From the IMG/VR virus record IMGVR_UViG_3300009108_000480: 64,000 bases of DNA. One strand, written 5' to 3'. Below the pieces are notes generated by a model that worked only from the letters and a program-made list of their open reading frames with translations, was not told where the DNA came from and made no database searches. The DNA is from a virus (taxonomy: Duplodnaviria; Caudoviricetes). How positions within the stretch are numbered: the first letter of the stretch is position 1; the number at the start of each line of letters is the position of its first letter. Below are positions 9,405 to 18,365 of this stretch, one piece after another. A program made the position numbers and the translations under genes.

Positions 9405-10063
9405 TGAATAATGAACTTCGAAAGAGGTCATTTATAGAGTTAGACGTAGAAATCGATTTCGAAAAACTTTTACAAGAGTATCATATCATAGACAAGAAGT
9501 ATGCTTTCCACAATTACAATACAAATTACTGGGCAGTAAGAAAAAAATATGCTAAAAGTTGGTCTGGTGTATGCCTGACAAGTTCTGATGGAAGTCTATA
9601 CACTGATCTACATGAAAATAGACGAGATATTCCTTTTATAGATACAGAAATAAAAAAACATTGTCCATACATTTACAAATTAATAAAAGATCTAGGCGGC
9701 GACAAATGTAGTGCAAGAATCATGAGGATTTCCCCAAAAGAATCTTTAGTATGGCATAGCCACGTGCAAGAGCACGGACAAGAAGAGAATCAACTTACAG
9801 TGCAAATACCTATAATAGTACCAAAACAATTTGAATATTGTGTGGTTAACAAGAACGAATTTAAATGGTACAAAAGATTTTTTAGACCTTCATGGTTTAA
9901 AAATGCCGAATGCAAAAGACTTGAGACGGGTAAAGCATATATTTTCAATTCCTATCATTACCATAATGTATATAATCATAGCAACGAATATAGAATAACG
10001 TTAATGTTATATCTTGACTTACGAAACCCAACAGTTTATAATTTGGTACAAAGAAGTTTATGA
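9404..10063 (+). CDS. Asp/Asn beta-hydroxylase-like double-stranded beta-helix oxygenase
   Basis: 'ARIMRISPKESLVWHSH...IPIIVP...GKAYIFNSYHYHNVYN..RI'. Start taken as ATG 9404, overlapping the folE stop. Confidence 0.65.
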   Translation: MNNELRKRSFIELDVEIDFEKLLQEYHIIDKKYAFHNYNTNYWAVRKKYAKSWSGVCLTSSDGSLYTDLHENRRDIPFIDTEIKKHCPYIYKLIKDLGGDKCSARIMRISPKESLVWHSHVQEHGQEENQLTVQIPIIVPKQFEYCVVNKNEFKWYKRFFRPSWFKNAECKRLETGKAYIFNSYHYHNVYNHSNEYRITLMLYLDLRNPTVYNLVQRSL

Positions 10064-10266
10064 AAAAAGGAAAAAAATTAACATTTAAGAAAAAAGTATG
10101 GAAAATTTTAGATGGAACTTATAAAAGACCTATAGATCAAGAAGACGTTGATAGACTAGTAGCGGCAGTACAACAAGAAATAATGTTAGATACTAGAGAT
10201 GTGGAAACGATGGACGCAATTAATGATGGTAAAATAGACTGGAGCGGAAATGCCACCAAAAAGTAA
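10060..10266 (+). CDS. Hypothetical protein
   Basis: ATGA overlap with upstream gene. Confidence 0.6.
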   Translation: MKKGKKLTFKKKVWKILDGTYKRPIDQEDVDRLVAAVQQEIMLDTRDVETMDAINDGKIDWSGNATKK

Positions 10267-10603
10267 AAAAGAATTATTAAAAGATTTAAAAAATGTACAA
10301 GAAAATACTAAAGTAATGGATCAATACGATCAAGCACAAGATTTAGATGGAGGTATGAGTAGTTGGACTTATAATATGGGAGAATTAAACACAGGTACAA
10401 CTGTAACCACGGCAAGCGTAGGTTCATTAGATGATGGACTTGATGTAAAATTTGACGTAAGTGATGGTTTATATCAACCAAGTTTTGACTTTGATGATGA
10501 AAAATTAAGAAAAAAATATCCAGCATTACAAGATGCTCATGAACATTACCAAAATATAAAACAAATGTGCGAAACTAGAGAACGAGAAGAAGATGGAAAT
10601 TAA
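10250..10603 (+). CDS. Hypothetical protein
   Basis: SD GGAG upstream; coupled to neighbours. Confidence 0.7.
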   Translation: MPPKSKKELLKDLKNVQENTKVMDQYDQAQDLDGGMSSWTYNMGELNTGTTVTTASVGSLDDGLDVKFDVSDGLYQPSFDFDDEKLRKKYPALQDAHEHYQNIKQMCETREREEDGN

Positions 10604-10850
10604 AGATTTATTAGAAGATGTTAAAGCATATCGTAATACAATGGTTGCTAGAAATTTCCCACATCAAGAAATTACAAACCTTATTATAAAATGGGATCAA
10701 AAACTTCTAGAAGATACACCCGAATACAAACAACGTAAAGAAAGAGAAGCAAAGGAAAAACAGTTAGAAGAATTTAAAAAAAGAGAACAAGAAGAACAAG
10801 AAAATTTAGAAAAAATAGCCAAAGAAGCAAGAGAGGAAGATGCGTCTTAA
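10593..10850 (+). CDS. Hypothetical protein with charged coiled-coil tail
   Basis: Overlaps both neighbours by about 11 nt. Confidence 0.65.
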   Translation: MEIKDLLEDVKAYRNTMVARNFPHQEITNLIIKWDQKLLEDTPEYKQRKEREAKEKQLEEFKKREQEEQENLEKIAKEAREEDAS

Positions 10851-11889
10851 TACTGAACTTAAATTAAATTATGCAGATGTTTTGTTACAACCAAAACGTT
10901 CAACATTATCTTCTCGAAAAGATGTTGACATAGAAAGAACATTTACATTTCAAAATTCAAAAGAAACTTATACGTGTGTTCCTATTGTAGCATCTAATAT
11001 GGATGGCGTTGGTACATTTAGTATGGCTAAAGTATTACAGGAATATAAAATGATGACTGTAATAACAAAAACAACAACACCTGAGCAATGGAAACAAGCC
11101 GTAGGACAAGGAATAAAATTAAAATACATATCTGTATGTACAGGTACAGGAAAACTTTGGGATAAAGACGCAGAAGATTATGCCACAATGCAACAAATAT
11201 TAAAAAGTTATCCAGATGTTAAATTTATTACAATTGACGTTGCAAATGGGTATCATGAAAATTATGTAGACTTTGTCGAAAAAGTAAGAGAAGAGTTTCC
11301 TGACAAAACTATAATTGCAGGTAACGTTGTTACTGCAGAAATGGTTGAGCAATTAATTATTAGTGGTGCTGATGTAGTAAAAATTGGTATAGGACCAGGA
11401 TCAGTATGTACAACAAGAACAATGGCTGGTGTAGGTGTTCCACAATTTTCAGCGGTAGTAGAATGTGCTGATGCGGCCAACGGTGTTGGAGGACACATAA
11501 TGGCTGATGGTGGTTGTGTAGAACCAGGTGATGTAGCAAAAGCATTTGGTGGCGGTGCACATTTTGTTATGCTAGGTGGTATGTTAGCAGGACACAATGA
11601 ATCAGAGTTGCCAGTTGTAGATGGAGAAAGAGAATTTTATGGTATGAGTTCTGATAGAGCAAGAGAAATACACGGTAAAAGAAAAGATGGATATAGAGGT
11701 AACGAAGGACGAAGAGTATTTTTACCTGACAGAGGACCTGTATCAGAAACAATTGAAGATATGTTAGGTGGAGTAAGATCCGCTTGTACATATATTGGTG
11801 CAAGAAGATTAAAGGATATACCTAAATGTGCAAGTTTTGTTAGAACAAACAATCCAATTAATAAAGTTTACGACCAATACGAAGATTAA
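10840..11889 (+). CDS. guaC: GMP reductase
   Basis: LNYADVLLQPKRS, SNMDGVG, IDVANGY, KIGIGPGSVCTTR (catalytic Cys), ADGGC, FYGMSS, GGVRSACTYIGA. Confidence 0.95.
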   Translation: MRLNTELKLNYADVLLQPKRSTLSSRKDVDIERTFTFQNSKETYTCVPIVASNMDGVGTFSMAKVLQEYKMMTVITKTTTPEQWKQAVGQGIKLKYISVCTGTGKLWDKDAEDYATMQQILKSYPDVKFITIDVANGYHENYVDFVEKVREEFPDKTIIAGNVVTAEMVEQLIISGADVVKIGIGPGSVCTTRTMAGVGVPQFSAVVECADAANGVGGHIMADGGCVEPGDVAKAFGGGAHFVMLGGMLAGHNESELPVVDGEREFYGMSSDRAREIHGKRKDGYRGNEGRRVFLPDRGPVSETIEDMLGGVRSACTYIGARRLKDIPKCASFVRTNNPINKVYDQYED

Positions 11890-11890
11890 T

Positions 11891-11905
11891 TAAATATCAT
11901 GAATG
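11891..11905 (+). promoter_or_regulatory. Late-type box TAAATA-TCATGA-ATG
   Basis: 14 of 15 nt identical to 5198-5212. Confidence 0.5.
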
Positions 11906-13054
11906 ATACCGAACAAAAATACATTCTGCGTTGCACCTTTTAATAGTCTTTATGTAGGTCCAACTGGCAGTATTACCCCTTGTTGTCTTTTCGACAAACC
12001 AACAAAATATAAATTTCACGAAACTGAAGACTATTATCATTCTAAAGATCTGAATAAAGTAAGAAATAATTTAATTAACGGTATTAAAGATACCAACTGT
12101 ATTGCGTGTTGGAAACAAGAAGAAGCTAATGGTGATTCATTAAGATTAATATTAAACAGAACTGTTGGAAAAGATATTACTCAAGCAATTAATAATTTAG
12201 ATACAAAAAATATAAAAAGTTTTGACTTACAGCTTGGAAATTTATGTAATTTAAAATGCGTTATGTGTTCACCAAAGTGGAGTAGTCAAATACTTGCTGA
12301 GATAAACATAAATCAAGAAATGAAAAAATTTTATAAACATGGCAATTTGAAACAAAACGAATTTAATTGGCCAAAAGAAAACGATTTTGCAAAATGGTGT
12401 GAAAAATTTTTACCACAAAGTATACATATCAAATTAACTGGGGGCGAACCCTTCATAAATCCGTGGCTGTTCAAAACATTAGAAAACATACCAACAAGTC
12501 AAAAAGAAAAATGTATTCTTCACTTTACTACAAACCTAACAATAATTAATGACAAAATATTAAACATACTTAAAAAATTTAAAGAAACATGGATTAGTGT
12601 ATCTGTTGATGGCATAGAAGATACTTTTGAATATATTAGATTTGGCCATACTTGGAATGCTATTAAAAAAAATATAGACACATTATTAAATGTTAAAGAA
12701 AACATAAAATTATCAATTAACTGTGTAATACAAGCACCAATACTACCTAATATTGTTAATATGGTAAATTATTTTGATACTAAAAAAATAAAAATAAGAC
12801 CTATTATACTAACATCACCAAAAAAACTAACACTTTCTTCTTTAAAAGAACAATTTAAAAATAATATTATAAAAGATCTACAAAATTATAAAGGATATAA
12901 TCAAGAATTTATTGACGTTGTTAAATCAGTAATTAAAGATAATATAAATCACGACAATGAATTAGCTCAAGAATGTGTGCATTACCTAGATAATATTGAC
13001 AAAATACGAAACACTAATTTTAAAAACATTATTCCGGTTGATTGTTTTATATGA
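11903..13054 (+). CDS. Radical SAM protein with N-terminal twitch domain (#2)
   Basis: FCVAPF...PCC...CIACW, core CNLKCVMC, TGGEP. Confidence 0.9.
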   Translation: MIPNKNTFCVAPFNSLYVGPTGSITPCCLFDKPTKYKFHETEDYYHSKDLNKVRNNLINGIKDTNCIACWKQEEANGDSLRLILNRTVGKDITQAINNLDTKNIKSFDLQLGNLCNLKCVMCSPKWSSQILAEININQEMKKFYKHGNLKQNEFNWPKENDFAKWCEKFLPQSIHIKLTGGEPFINPWLFKTLENIPTSQKEKCILHFTTNLTIINDKILNILKKFKETWISVSVDGIEDTFEYIRFGHTWNAIKKNIDTLLNVKENIKLSINCVIQAPILPNIVNMVNYFDTKKIKIRPIILTSPKKLTLSSLKEQFKNNIIKDLQNYKGYNQEFIDVVKSVIKDNINHDNELAQECVHYLDNIDKIRNTNFKNIIPVDCFI

Positions 13055-13743
13055 GAGACATAGGCATTTATTATAAAAGTTCTACTTGCGGTATGTTCCT
13101 ATTATATTATATTTTAGGATCAGATCAAAAATTTAATGTGACTTCACGTAATCAAGATCTTAACTATGGTACTAATAAAAAATTAATGACCTCGATGTTC
13201 TATACACAATTTAAACCTAAAAAATATGGCGAGTGGATTAGTGGTGAATATTGGCCAGATAATTTGTTTGCTGACAACCATTTACCAAAATTTTATTACT
13301 TTCAAATACACGATTTTGCTCCACACCAAGATTTTAAAGAAAAATTTCGAATAAATGACTTATATAAAAAACTCGACTGCATAAAAATTAATCCTTATGT
13401 TGCTGATGATAGCAAATGGTTTAAACTAATGTTCTATAAAAGATCTGGATCATTTCATGATTTCCCAAAACAAAATTTTACTTTTAAAGAATTTTACCAA
13501 CGATTTAAATTTGTATTATCAAGAAGTAAAGGCTCCAAATTAGATTGGTGTGATTATAGCTTTGATATCTTAAAATTTTTAGTGGATAAAGAAGAAAGAC
13601 AACGTTTATGTGATTATATAGGTATTACAATGAACGAAAGGATGGAGGAATTTTTAAATTATTATATAAAGGCTCATGAAGAATGGCTACTTAAAAAATT
13701 ATATAGTGATGATGTAAAACGACCAACTGGAGTAATAAAATAA
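13051..13743 (+). CDS. Hypothetical protein (sulfotransferase-like N-terminus), paralog A
   Basis: ATGA overlap at 13051. N- and C-termini are nearly identical to the next gene. Confidence 0.75.
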   Translation: MRDIGIYYKSSTCGMFLLYYILGSDQKFNVTSRNQDLNYGTNKKLMTSMFYTQFKPKKYGEWISGEYWPDNLFADNHLPKFYYFQIHDFAPHQDFKEKFRINDLYKKLDCIKINPYVADDSKWFKLMFYKRSGSFHDFPKQNFTFKEFYQRFKFVLSRSKGSKLDWCDYSFDILKFLVDKEERQRLCDYIGITMNERMEEFLNYYIKAHEEWLLKKLYSDDVKRPTGVIK

Positions 13744-14564
13744 TGAAAGATATAGGCATTTATTATAAAAGTACTTGTTGTGGTATGTTTGTATTGTATT
13801 ACATATTAGGTTCAGACCAAAAATTTAACGTAACTGCACGTAATAAAGAACTTGACTACGGTACTAATAAAAAATTAATGAACTATATGTTCTACAAACA
13901 ATTTCAAAAAACGCAAAAAACCAAAGGCATAACTGGTTGGACTAATGATGCCGAAAGGAAAGACCACAAAAATCGAGTTGGGAATTGGAAAGATGGAAAA
14001 TGGTGGAGCAATTGGACTAGTAAAGAATACTGGCCAGATAACACATTTAAAGACAATGATTTACCAAAACTTTGGTATTTTCAACTTCACGATAACGTAG
14101 AAAAACAAAGTGTTGAGTATTGGGATTACAGACAGAAAACAGAAGAAGAAATAAAAATAATTAGGGATTATAAAAATATTGATTGTATTAAACTTAATCC
14201 TTATGTTACGGATAAAAGAAAATGGTATAAAATGCAATATGCTAAAAGAACCGGAAGTTGTGGGAATATTCCAAAAAAAAATCCTACTTTTAAAAAAGTG
14301 CGTGATACTTATATAGATGGTTGGATTAAAGGTAATGGTGGAGCAACATGGCCATCTAAGTTAGATTGGTGTGATTATAACTTTGACATTCTTAAATTTT
14401 TAGTAGATAAAGAAGAAAGACAGCGTCTATGCGATTACCTTGGCATTACAATAAACGAAAGAATGGAAGAATTTTTAGTACATTATCTAGAATGCCACCC
14501 CGAAAAATTACTTAAAAAATTATACGGATCTGAAGTAGAAAGACCTATTGGTAAAACCATTTAA
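13743..14564 (+). CDS. Hypothetical protein, paralog B (tandem duplicate)
   Basis: Shared blocks DIGIYYKS..CGMF.LYYILGSDQKFNV and SKLDWCDY.FDILKFLVDKEERQRLCDY. Confidence 0.75.
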   Translation: MKDIGIYYKSTCCGMFVLYYILGSDQKFNVTARNKELDYGTNKKLMNYMFYKQFQKTQKTKGITGWTNDAERKDHKNRVGNWKDGKWWSNWTSKEYWPDNTFKDNDLPKLWYFQLHDNVEKQSVEYWDYRQKTEEEIKIIRDYKNIDCIKLNPYVTDKRKWYKMQYAKRTGSCGNIPKKNPTFKKVRDTYIDGWIKGNGGATWPSKLDWCDYNFDILKFLVDKEERQRLCDYLGITINERMEEFLVHYLECHPEKLLKKLYGSEVERPIGKTI

Positions 14565-14581
14565 TTAAACTTAAAAGTGTA

Positions 14582-14610
14582 TTGATTTAATTCACAAATT
14601 GTCGTACAAT
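14582..14610 (+). promoter_or_regulatory. sigma70-type promoter of yhhQ
   Basis: TTGATT(14582-14587)-17 nt-TACAAT(14605-14610). SD AGGAGG at 14633-14638. Confidence 0.65.
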
Positions 14611-14642
14611 AGTGAACATTTAATAATATCCTAGGAGGATTA

Positions 14643-15305
14643 ATGTTAGATTTATTAAAAAACGTAGACAAAAGTATGCTGTGGAAACTTGTAGCACTTC
14701 ACGTTATCGTGATTACAGTTTCAAACGGTTTAGTAAACATTCCTGTAGAAATACTTGGAGTTAAACTAACCTGGGCGGCATTCACTTTCCCTTTAGTAGT
14801 AATAGCAACTGACTTAACAGTCAGACTATTGGGTAAAACGATAGCACGGTCTACAATTGCAATAGCCTATCCACTTGCGATCATTGGATCCATTTTGGTA
14901 GTGCTGGCAGAAGGAGCACCTCAATCAGTTGCGTTAAGAATTGGTTTTGCAAGTGCGACTGCGTATGCAATTGGAACTTTGCTAGATGTATATGTCTTCC
15001 AATGGCTGAGAGAAAATTATTCAGCTTGGTGGTTAGCACCTGCAGTATCAACTGTGGTAGCAAACATAATTGACACATACACATTCTTCTTTACAGCATT
15101 CTCAGGTGGCGCCAACGAGTATATGGCGGCTAACTGGGCAGAAATTGCCGGTTCACAAACTGTATTAAAAATTATGGTTGGTTTGATAGTATTCTTACCA
15201 GCTTATGGTTTATTACTTAGACATTTGTCGGGTAAATTTAAAGTTAGTGCAACTGTACAAAAAGCATTTAAAGATGCAAGTAAAGACCTAGTAAAATCAA
15301 AATAA
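14643..15305 (+). CDS. yhhQ: Queuosine-precursor (preQ0/preQ1) transporter, YhhQ/VUT family
   Basis: About six hydrophobic helices. 'TWAAFTFPLVVIATDLTVRLLG', 'RIGFASATAY', 'ANIIDTYTFFFTAF', 'QTVLKI'. Confidence 0.9.
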   Translation: MLDLLKNVDKSMLWKLVALHVIVITVSNGLVNIPVEILGVKLTWAAFTFPLVVIATDLTVRLLGKTIARSTIAIAYPLAIIGSILVVLAEGAPQSVALRIGFASATAYAIGTLLDVYVFQWLRENYSAWWLAPAVSTVVANIIDTYTFFFTAFSGGANEYMAANWAEIAGSQTVLKIMVGLIVFLPAYGLLLRHLSGKFKVSATVQKAFKDASKDLVKSK

Positions 15306-15318
15306 AATTGATTTATTT

Positions 15319-15360
15319 TCAATAGGGGGTATTTTTTTACCCCCTGTTGATATTTCATTT
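15319..15360 (+). terminator. Intrinsic terminator after yhhQ
   Basis: CAATAGGGGGTA / TACCCCCTGTTG 12-bp stem (one G-U), T6 loop, followed by TATTTCATTT. Confidence 0.75.
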
Positions 15361-15370
15361 AAATATTGGT

Positions 15371-16333
15371 ATGAATTTCTTAATACTAACTCCTGACGGC
15401 GTCGGTTCTACCATTTTACAAAGACTTTTAACAATGACATTTTCGTTAGAGAACGTTAATGCCGTTAATACCCACGAATTAACTAACAGAATACTATTAG
15501 AAGATAATATTGCTGTACATGATAAAAGATTTATAGGTTCACGATGGAAACAAATGTATGCACAATCGTTGCCCGAAATAGAAAGTATTATAAGACAATC
15601 TTCAAAAGATACAAATATTATAAGCAGAGTTGCCAAATATCATTTAGATAATAGATCAGAACATTTAGGAGAATCTAAAGAACTTGTTACTAATTTTTAT
15701 AAATTTTTAAATGAAGTATACGATAAAAAAATAATGTGCGTAAGAAATAATATTTTTGAATACGCATTGAGTTGGAGTATACGAGAGGAATCTGGAATAT
15801 TAAATGTATATAATAGAGATGACAAACAAAAAGTATTTAAAGTTAAATCGGTTAAAGAAGATTTTTTCGAAAAAAAATGTCAACAATACCTTAATTATAC
15901 GTACTGGGTAAAAGATAACTTTCCTGATGTTATTGAAATTGCTTATGAGGATGTAATTACTAATTCCGACAAAATATTAGAACAACTAACTGGATTTAAA
16001 AATACATATAAAAATAACTTTAAACTAGAATTATCGAGAATTTTAAAAATTGAATACGAAACATTTAACGCTCTCATGACTAGCAAAAAACTAACCAAAT
16101 ATACCAATAAAGAATTAGGTGCGTTAGTACAATATAAAAGATATACAAAAAAACTAGTAGACGAAAACAAAATAATGAACCAACCAATTAAAAACACTAC
16201 ACTATACGATAAGCGAAGACAAATTAAAAATTTTAATAACTGTCTAAGAAAATTCGAGTCTTTTGCTAAAAATCATAACTGGATTGATACTTCTAATGCA
16301 ACATATGATTTTTGGCATGATAAAAAATTATAA
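15371..16333 (+). CDS. Sulfotransferase-like hypothetical protein
   Basis: 'LILTPDGVGSTILQRLL' resembles the PAPS-binding loop; 'RNNIFEYALSW' and 'IAYED' also fit. Start moved to ATG 15371, 5 nt after TAAATA (15360-15365). Confidence 0.6.
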   Translation: MNFLILTPDGVGSTILQRLLTMTFSLENVNAVNTHELTNRILLEDNIAVHDKRFIGSRWKQMYAQSLPEIESIIRQSSKDTNIISRVAKYHLDNRSEHLGESKELVTNFYKFLNEVYDKKIMCVRNNIFEYALSWSIREESGILNVYNRDDKQKVFKVKSVKEDFFEKKCQQYLNYTYWVKDNFPDVIEIAYEDVITNSDKILEQLTGFKNTYKNNFKLELSRILKIEYETFNALMTSKKLTKYTNKELGALVQYKRYTKKLVDENKIMNQPIKNTTLYDKRRQIKNFNNCLRKFESFAKNHNWIDTSNATYDFWHDKKL

Positions 16334-17118
16334 TGAAAAACCGATTTAGTATAGACAATTACAAAGACCCTTTTAGGGTAGCAACTAAAGTTAATTATAG
16401 TGGAGAGTACTCTAGTACAGACGATCCTAAACATACCAAAGAATTTCATGCAAGACATCTTGAACATTTTAACAACTATCCTAAAAAAGTTTATTACCAA
16501 TATAATTCGAAAGGCTTTAGGGATAATGAATGGCCTGATGATTTATCTAATGTTATATGGTGCGTTGGTGATAGTTTTACATTAGGTTGTGGACAACCAC
16601 AAAACGAATCTTGGCCTGCATTACTGGAAAAAATTACTAATAAAAGATGTATAAATTTAGGACAGGATGGTGCCAGTAATGATACTATTGCCCTTAGAGT
16701 ACAAGCAATTGAAAAAACATATAACCCTAAACTAATAGTAATAATGTGGTCTTATCTTCATAGACGAAGAGTCAATGGCATAGATCAATTACATGATAAA
16801 AACGATTTTGGGGATAACGCCGATATTAAAAACTTTTTAAAGAACTATGAAGCAGTGAATTCACTACCAACAAAAATAATACATCTAGCAATACCTCTTT
16901 CTACATATAACGATATTAACGAGGAGAATAGACAATCTGAAAAAACAGCTTATGATAATGAGATTTCAGAAACAATTAAAAAGAAAATATTATTTTTAAT
17001 GAAAAACAATGTAACTGAAGTAAAACAATTAGATTTTAGTCGTGATGGACGACATTTTGATATTAAAACTAGTTTGGGTGTAGCACACTTAATTAACAAA
17101 AAAATTAATGATAGATAA
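16333..17118 (+). CDS. SGNH/GDSL-like protein
   Basis: Block I VGDSFTLG, block II NLGQDGASN, block V RDGRH. Confidence 0.7.
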   Translation: MKNRFSIDNYKDPFRVATKVNYSGEYSSTDDPKHTKEFHARHLEHFNNYPKKVYYQYNSKGFRDNEWPDDLSNVIWCVGDSFTLGCGQPQNESWPALLEKITNKRCINLGQDGASNDTIALRVQAIEKTYNPKLIVIMWSYLHRRRVNGIDQLHDKNDFGDNADIKNFLKNYEAVNSLPTKIIHLAIPLSTYNDINEENRQSEKTAYDNEISETIKKKILFLMKNNVTEVKQLDFSRDGRHFDIKTSLGVAHLINKKINDR

Positions 17119-17836
17119 ACCACAAATTTTTATAATGTATGGATCTGGAATGTTTGGAACATTTATAGCTGGACTATTTTCTCATCATCCAGATGCCAAC
17201 ATAGTTCTATCAGAAGAAATTGAAGGAGATGAATATAAACTTAATGCACATCATAGTTATAAAAAACAAATAAATTTATTTCACAACGAAAATGATTACG
17301 AAAAAATTAGTAATATGAACAACAATGAACTGTCAAAATTTTTTGATCAATTTAATAAAAAAAATATTGGTATACATAGAATGGCAACTTATGATTTTGC
17401 TACATTACCTTATGAAAAATACTTTAAAAATTATGTAAAAATCCTAGTAATTTGTAAAGAAAAAGAAAGACTAAAATATGCACGAAGACACGTAGAAGTT
17501 GGAGGATATCATCCTCGAGTTTACCTTGAATTTTGGTATAAACAAATTAAAAAACCTATTAAGGAATTACCAGAATACTTTATAAAAGGTATGAATATAA
17601 AACAACGATGTAAATTTATCGAAGAAGAAACAAATCGGTATTTAAAAAAAGATATATTTGATCCTAAACACGACATAATGTTTGATCCTGATAACGTACA
17701 ATATGTAAACAAGTTGCAAAAATTAGTCAATGATAGTTGTAAAATATTAAATATTAAAACTTTTAATTTACCAAAACAAAAAATTGAAAAATTTATAGAA
17801 AAAAATAAAATATACTTTGACAAAACATTGAAATAA
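17108..17836 (+). CDS. Hypothetical protein (sulfotransferase-like N-terminal loop)
   Basis: 'IMYGSGMFGTFIAGLF'. Weak resemblance only. Confidence 0.55.
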   Translation: MIDKPQIFIMYGSGMFGTFIAGLFSHHPDANIVLSEEIEGDEYKLNAHHSYKKQINLFHNENDYEKISNMNNNELSKFFDQFNKKNIGIHRMATYDFATLPYEKYFKNYVKILVICKEKERLKYARRHVEVGGYHPRVYLEFWYKQIKKPIKELPEYFIKGMNIKQRCKFIEEETNRYLKKDIFDPKHDIMFDPDNVQYVNKLQKLVNDSCKILNIKTFNLPKQKIEKFIEKNKIYFDKTLK

Positions 17837-17845
17837 TTATATAAT
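17817..17845 (+). promoter_or_regulatory. Consensus sigma70 promoter
   Basis: TTGACA(17817-17822)-17 nt-TATAAT(17840-17845). ATG at 17852 is 6 nt downstream. Confidence 0.85.
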
Positions 17846-17851
17846 AACACT

Positions 17852-18241
17852 ATGTCGAATATAGCAGGAAAAATTTGGGGATCTACAGAACTTATCCTAG
17901 CAAATAGTTCACTTGAATTTCACAGAATAGATTTTAAAAAAGGTGGTGTGTGTTCTAAGCACAAACACAAATACAAATGGAATGGTTTTTATTGTATGTC
18001 GGGAAAAATGAAAATCCGCATATGGCAAACAGCATATGATCTAGTTGATGAAACAATATTAGAACCCGGAAATTTTACCGCAGTTAAACCTGGACTATAC
18101 CATTCCTTTGAGGGTTTACAAGATGGAGTTGCTTTTGAATTATATTGGGCAAATTTTGATCACAGCGATATTGAAAGAGAATCTGTAGGCCATCTTAAAG
18201 AAAGAGACAACGTGGTTAGACTCGACAAGAAGAAAAGATAA
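17852..18241 (+). CDS. Cupin-fold protein
   Basis: 'CSKHKHKYKWNGF' and 'VKPGLYHSFE', the two cupin His motifs. Confidence 0.8.
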   Translation: MSNIAGKIWGSTELILANSSLEFHRIDFKKGGVCSKHKHKYKWNGFYCMSGKMKIRIWQTAYDLVDETILEPGNFTAVKPGLYHSFEGLQDGVAFELYWANFDHSDIERESVGHLKERDNVVRLDKKKR

Positions 18242-18348
18242 TGTCTGATGAAATGGAAAAGAAAATTAATGGTAATTGGACCATTAAAGAAATAATAGAA
18301 GCCATGAAAACATTATGTCCAGAAGCCTGGATTGACCAATCTAAATAA
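18241..18348 (+). CDS. 35-aa micro-ORF (absent from ORF track)
   Basis: MSDEMEKKINGNWTIKEIIEAMKTLCPEAWIDQSK*. TAATG-coupled to the cupin gene. Confidence 0.5.
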   Translation: MSDEMEKKINGNWTIKEIIEAMKTLCPEAWIDQSK

Positions 18349-18360
18349 TTATAGTATAAT
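18332..18360 (+). promoter_or_regulatory. sigma70 promoter of queE
   Basis: TTGACC(18332-18337)-17 nt-TATAAT(18355-18360). ATG at 18366 is 5 nt downstream. A TAAATA also lies at 18342-18347. Confidence 0.75.
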
Positions 18361-18365
18361 ATAAT

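Noticed and set aside
14565-14642. preQ1 riboswitch upstream of yhhQ
   Set aside because: The leader is only about 25 nt after the predicted TSS and lacks the preQ1-I stem plus A-rich tail pattern.
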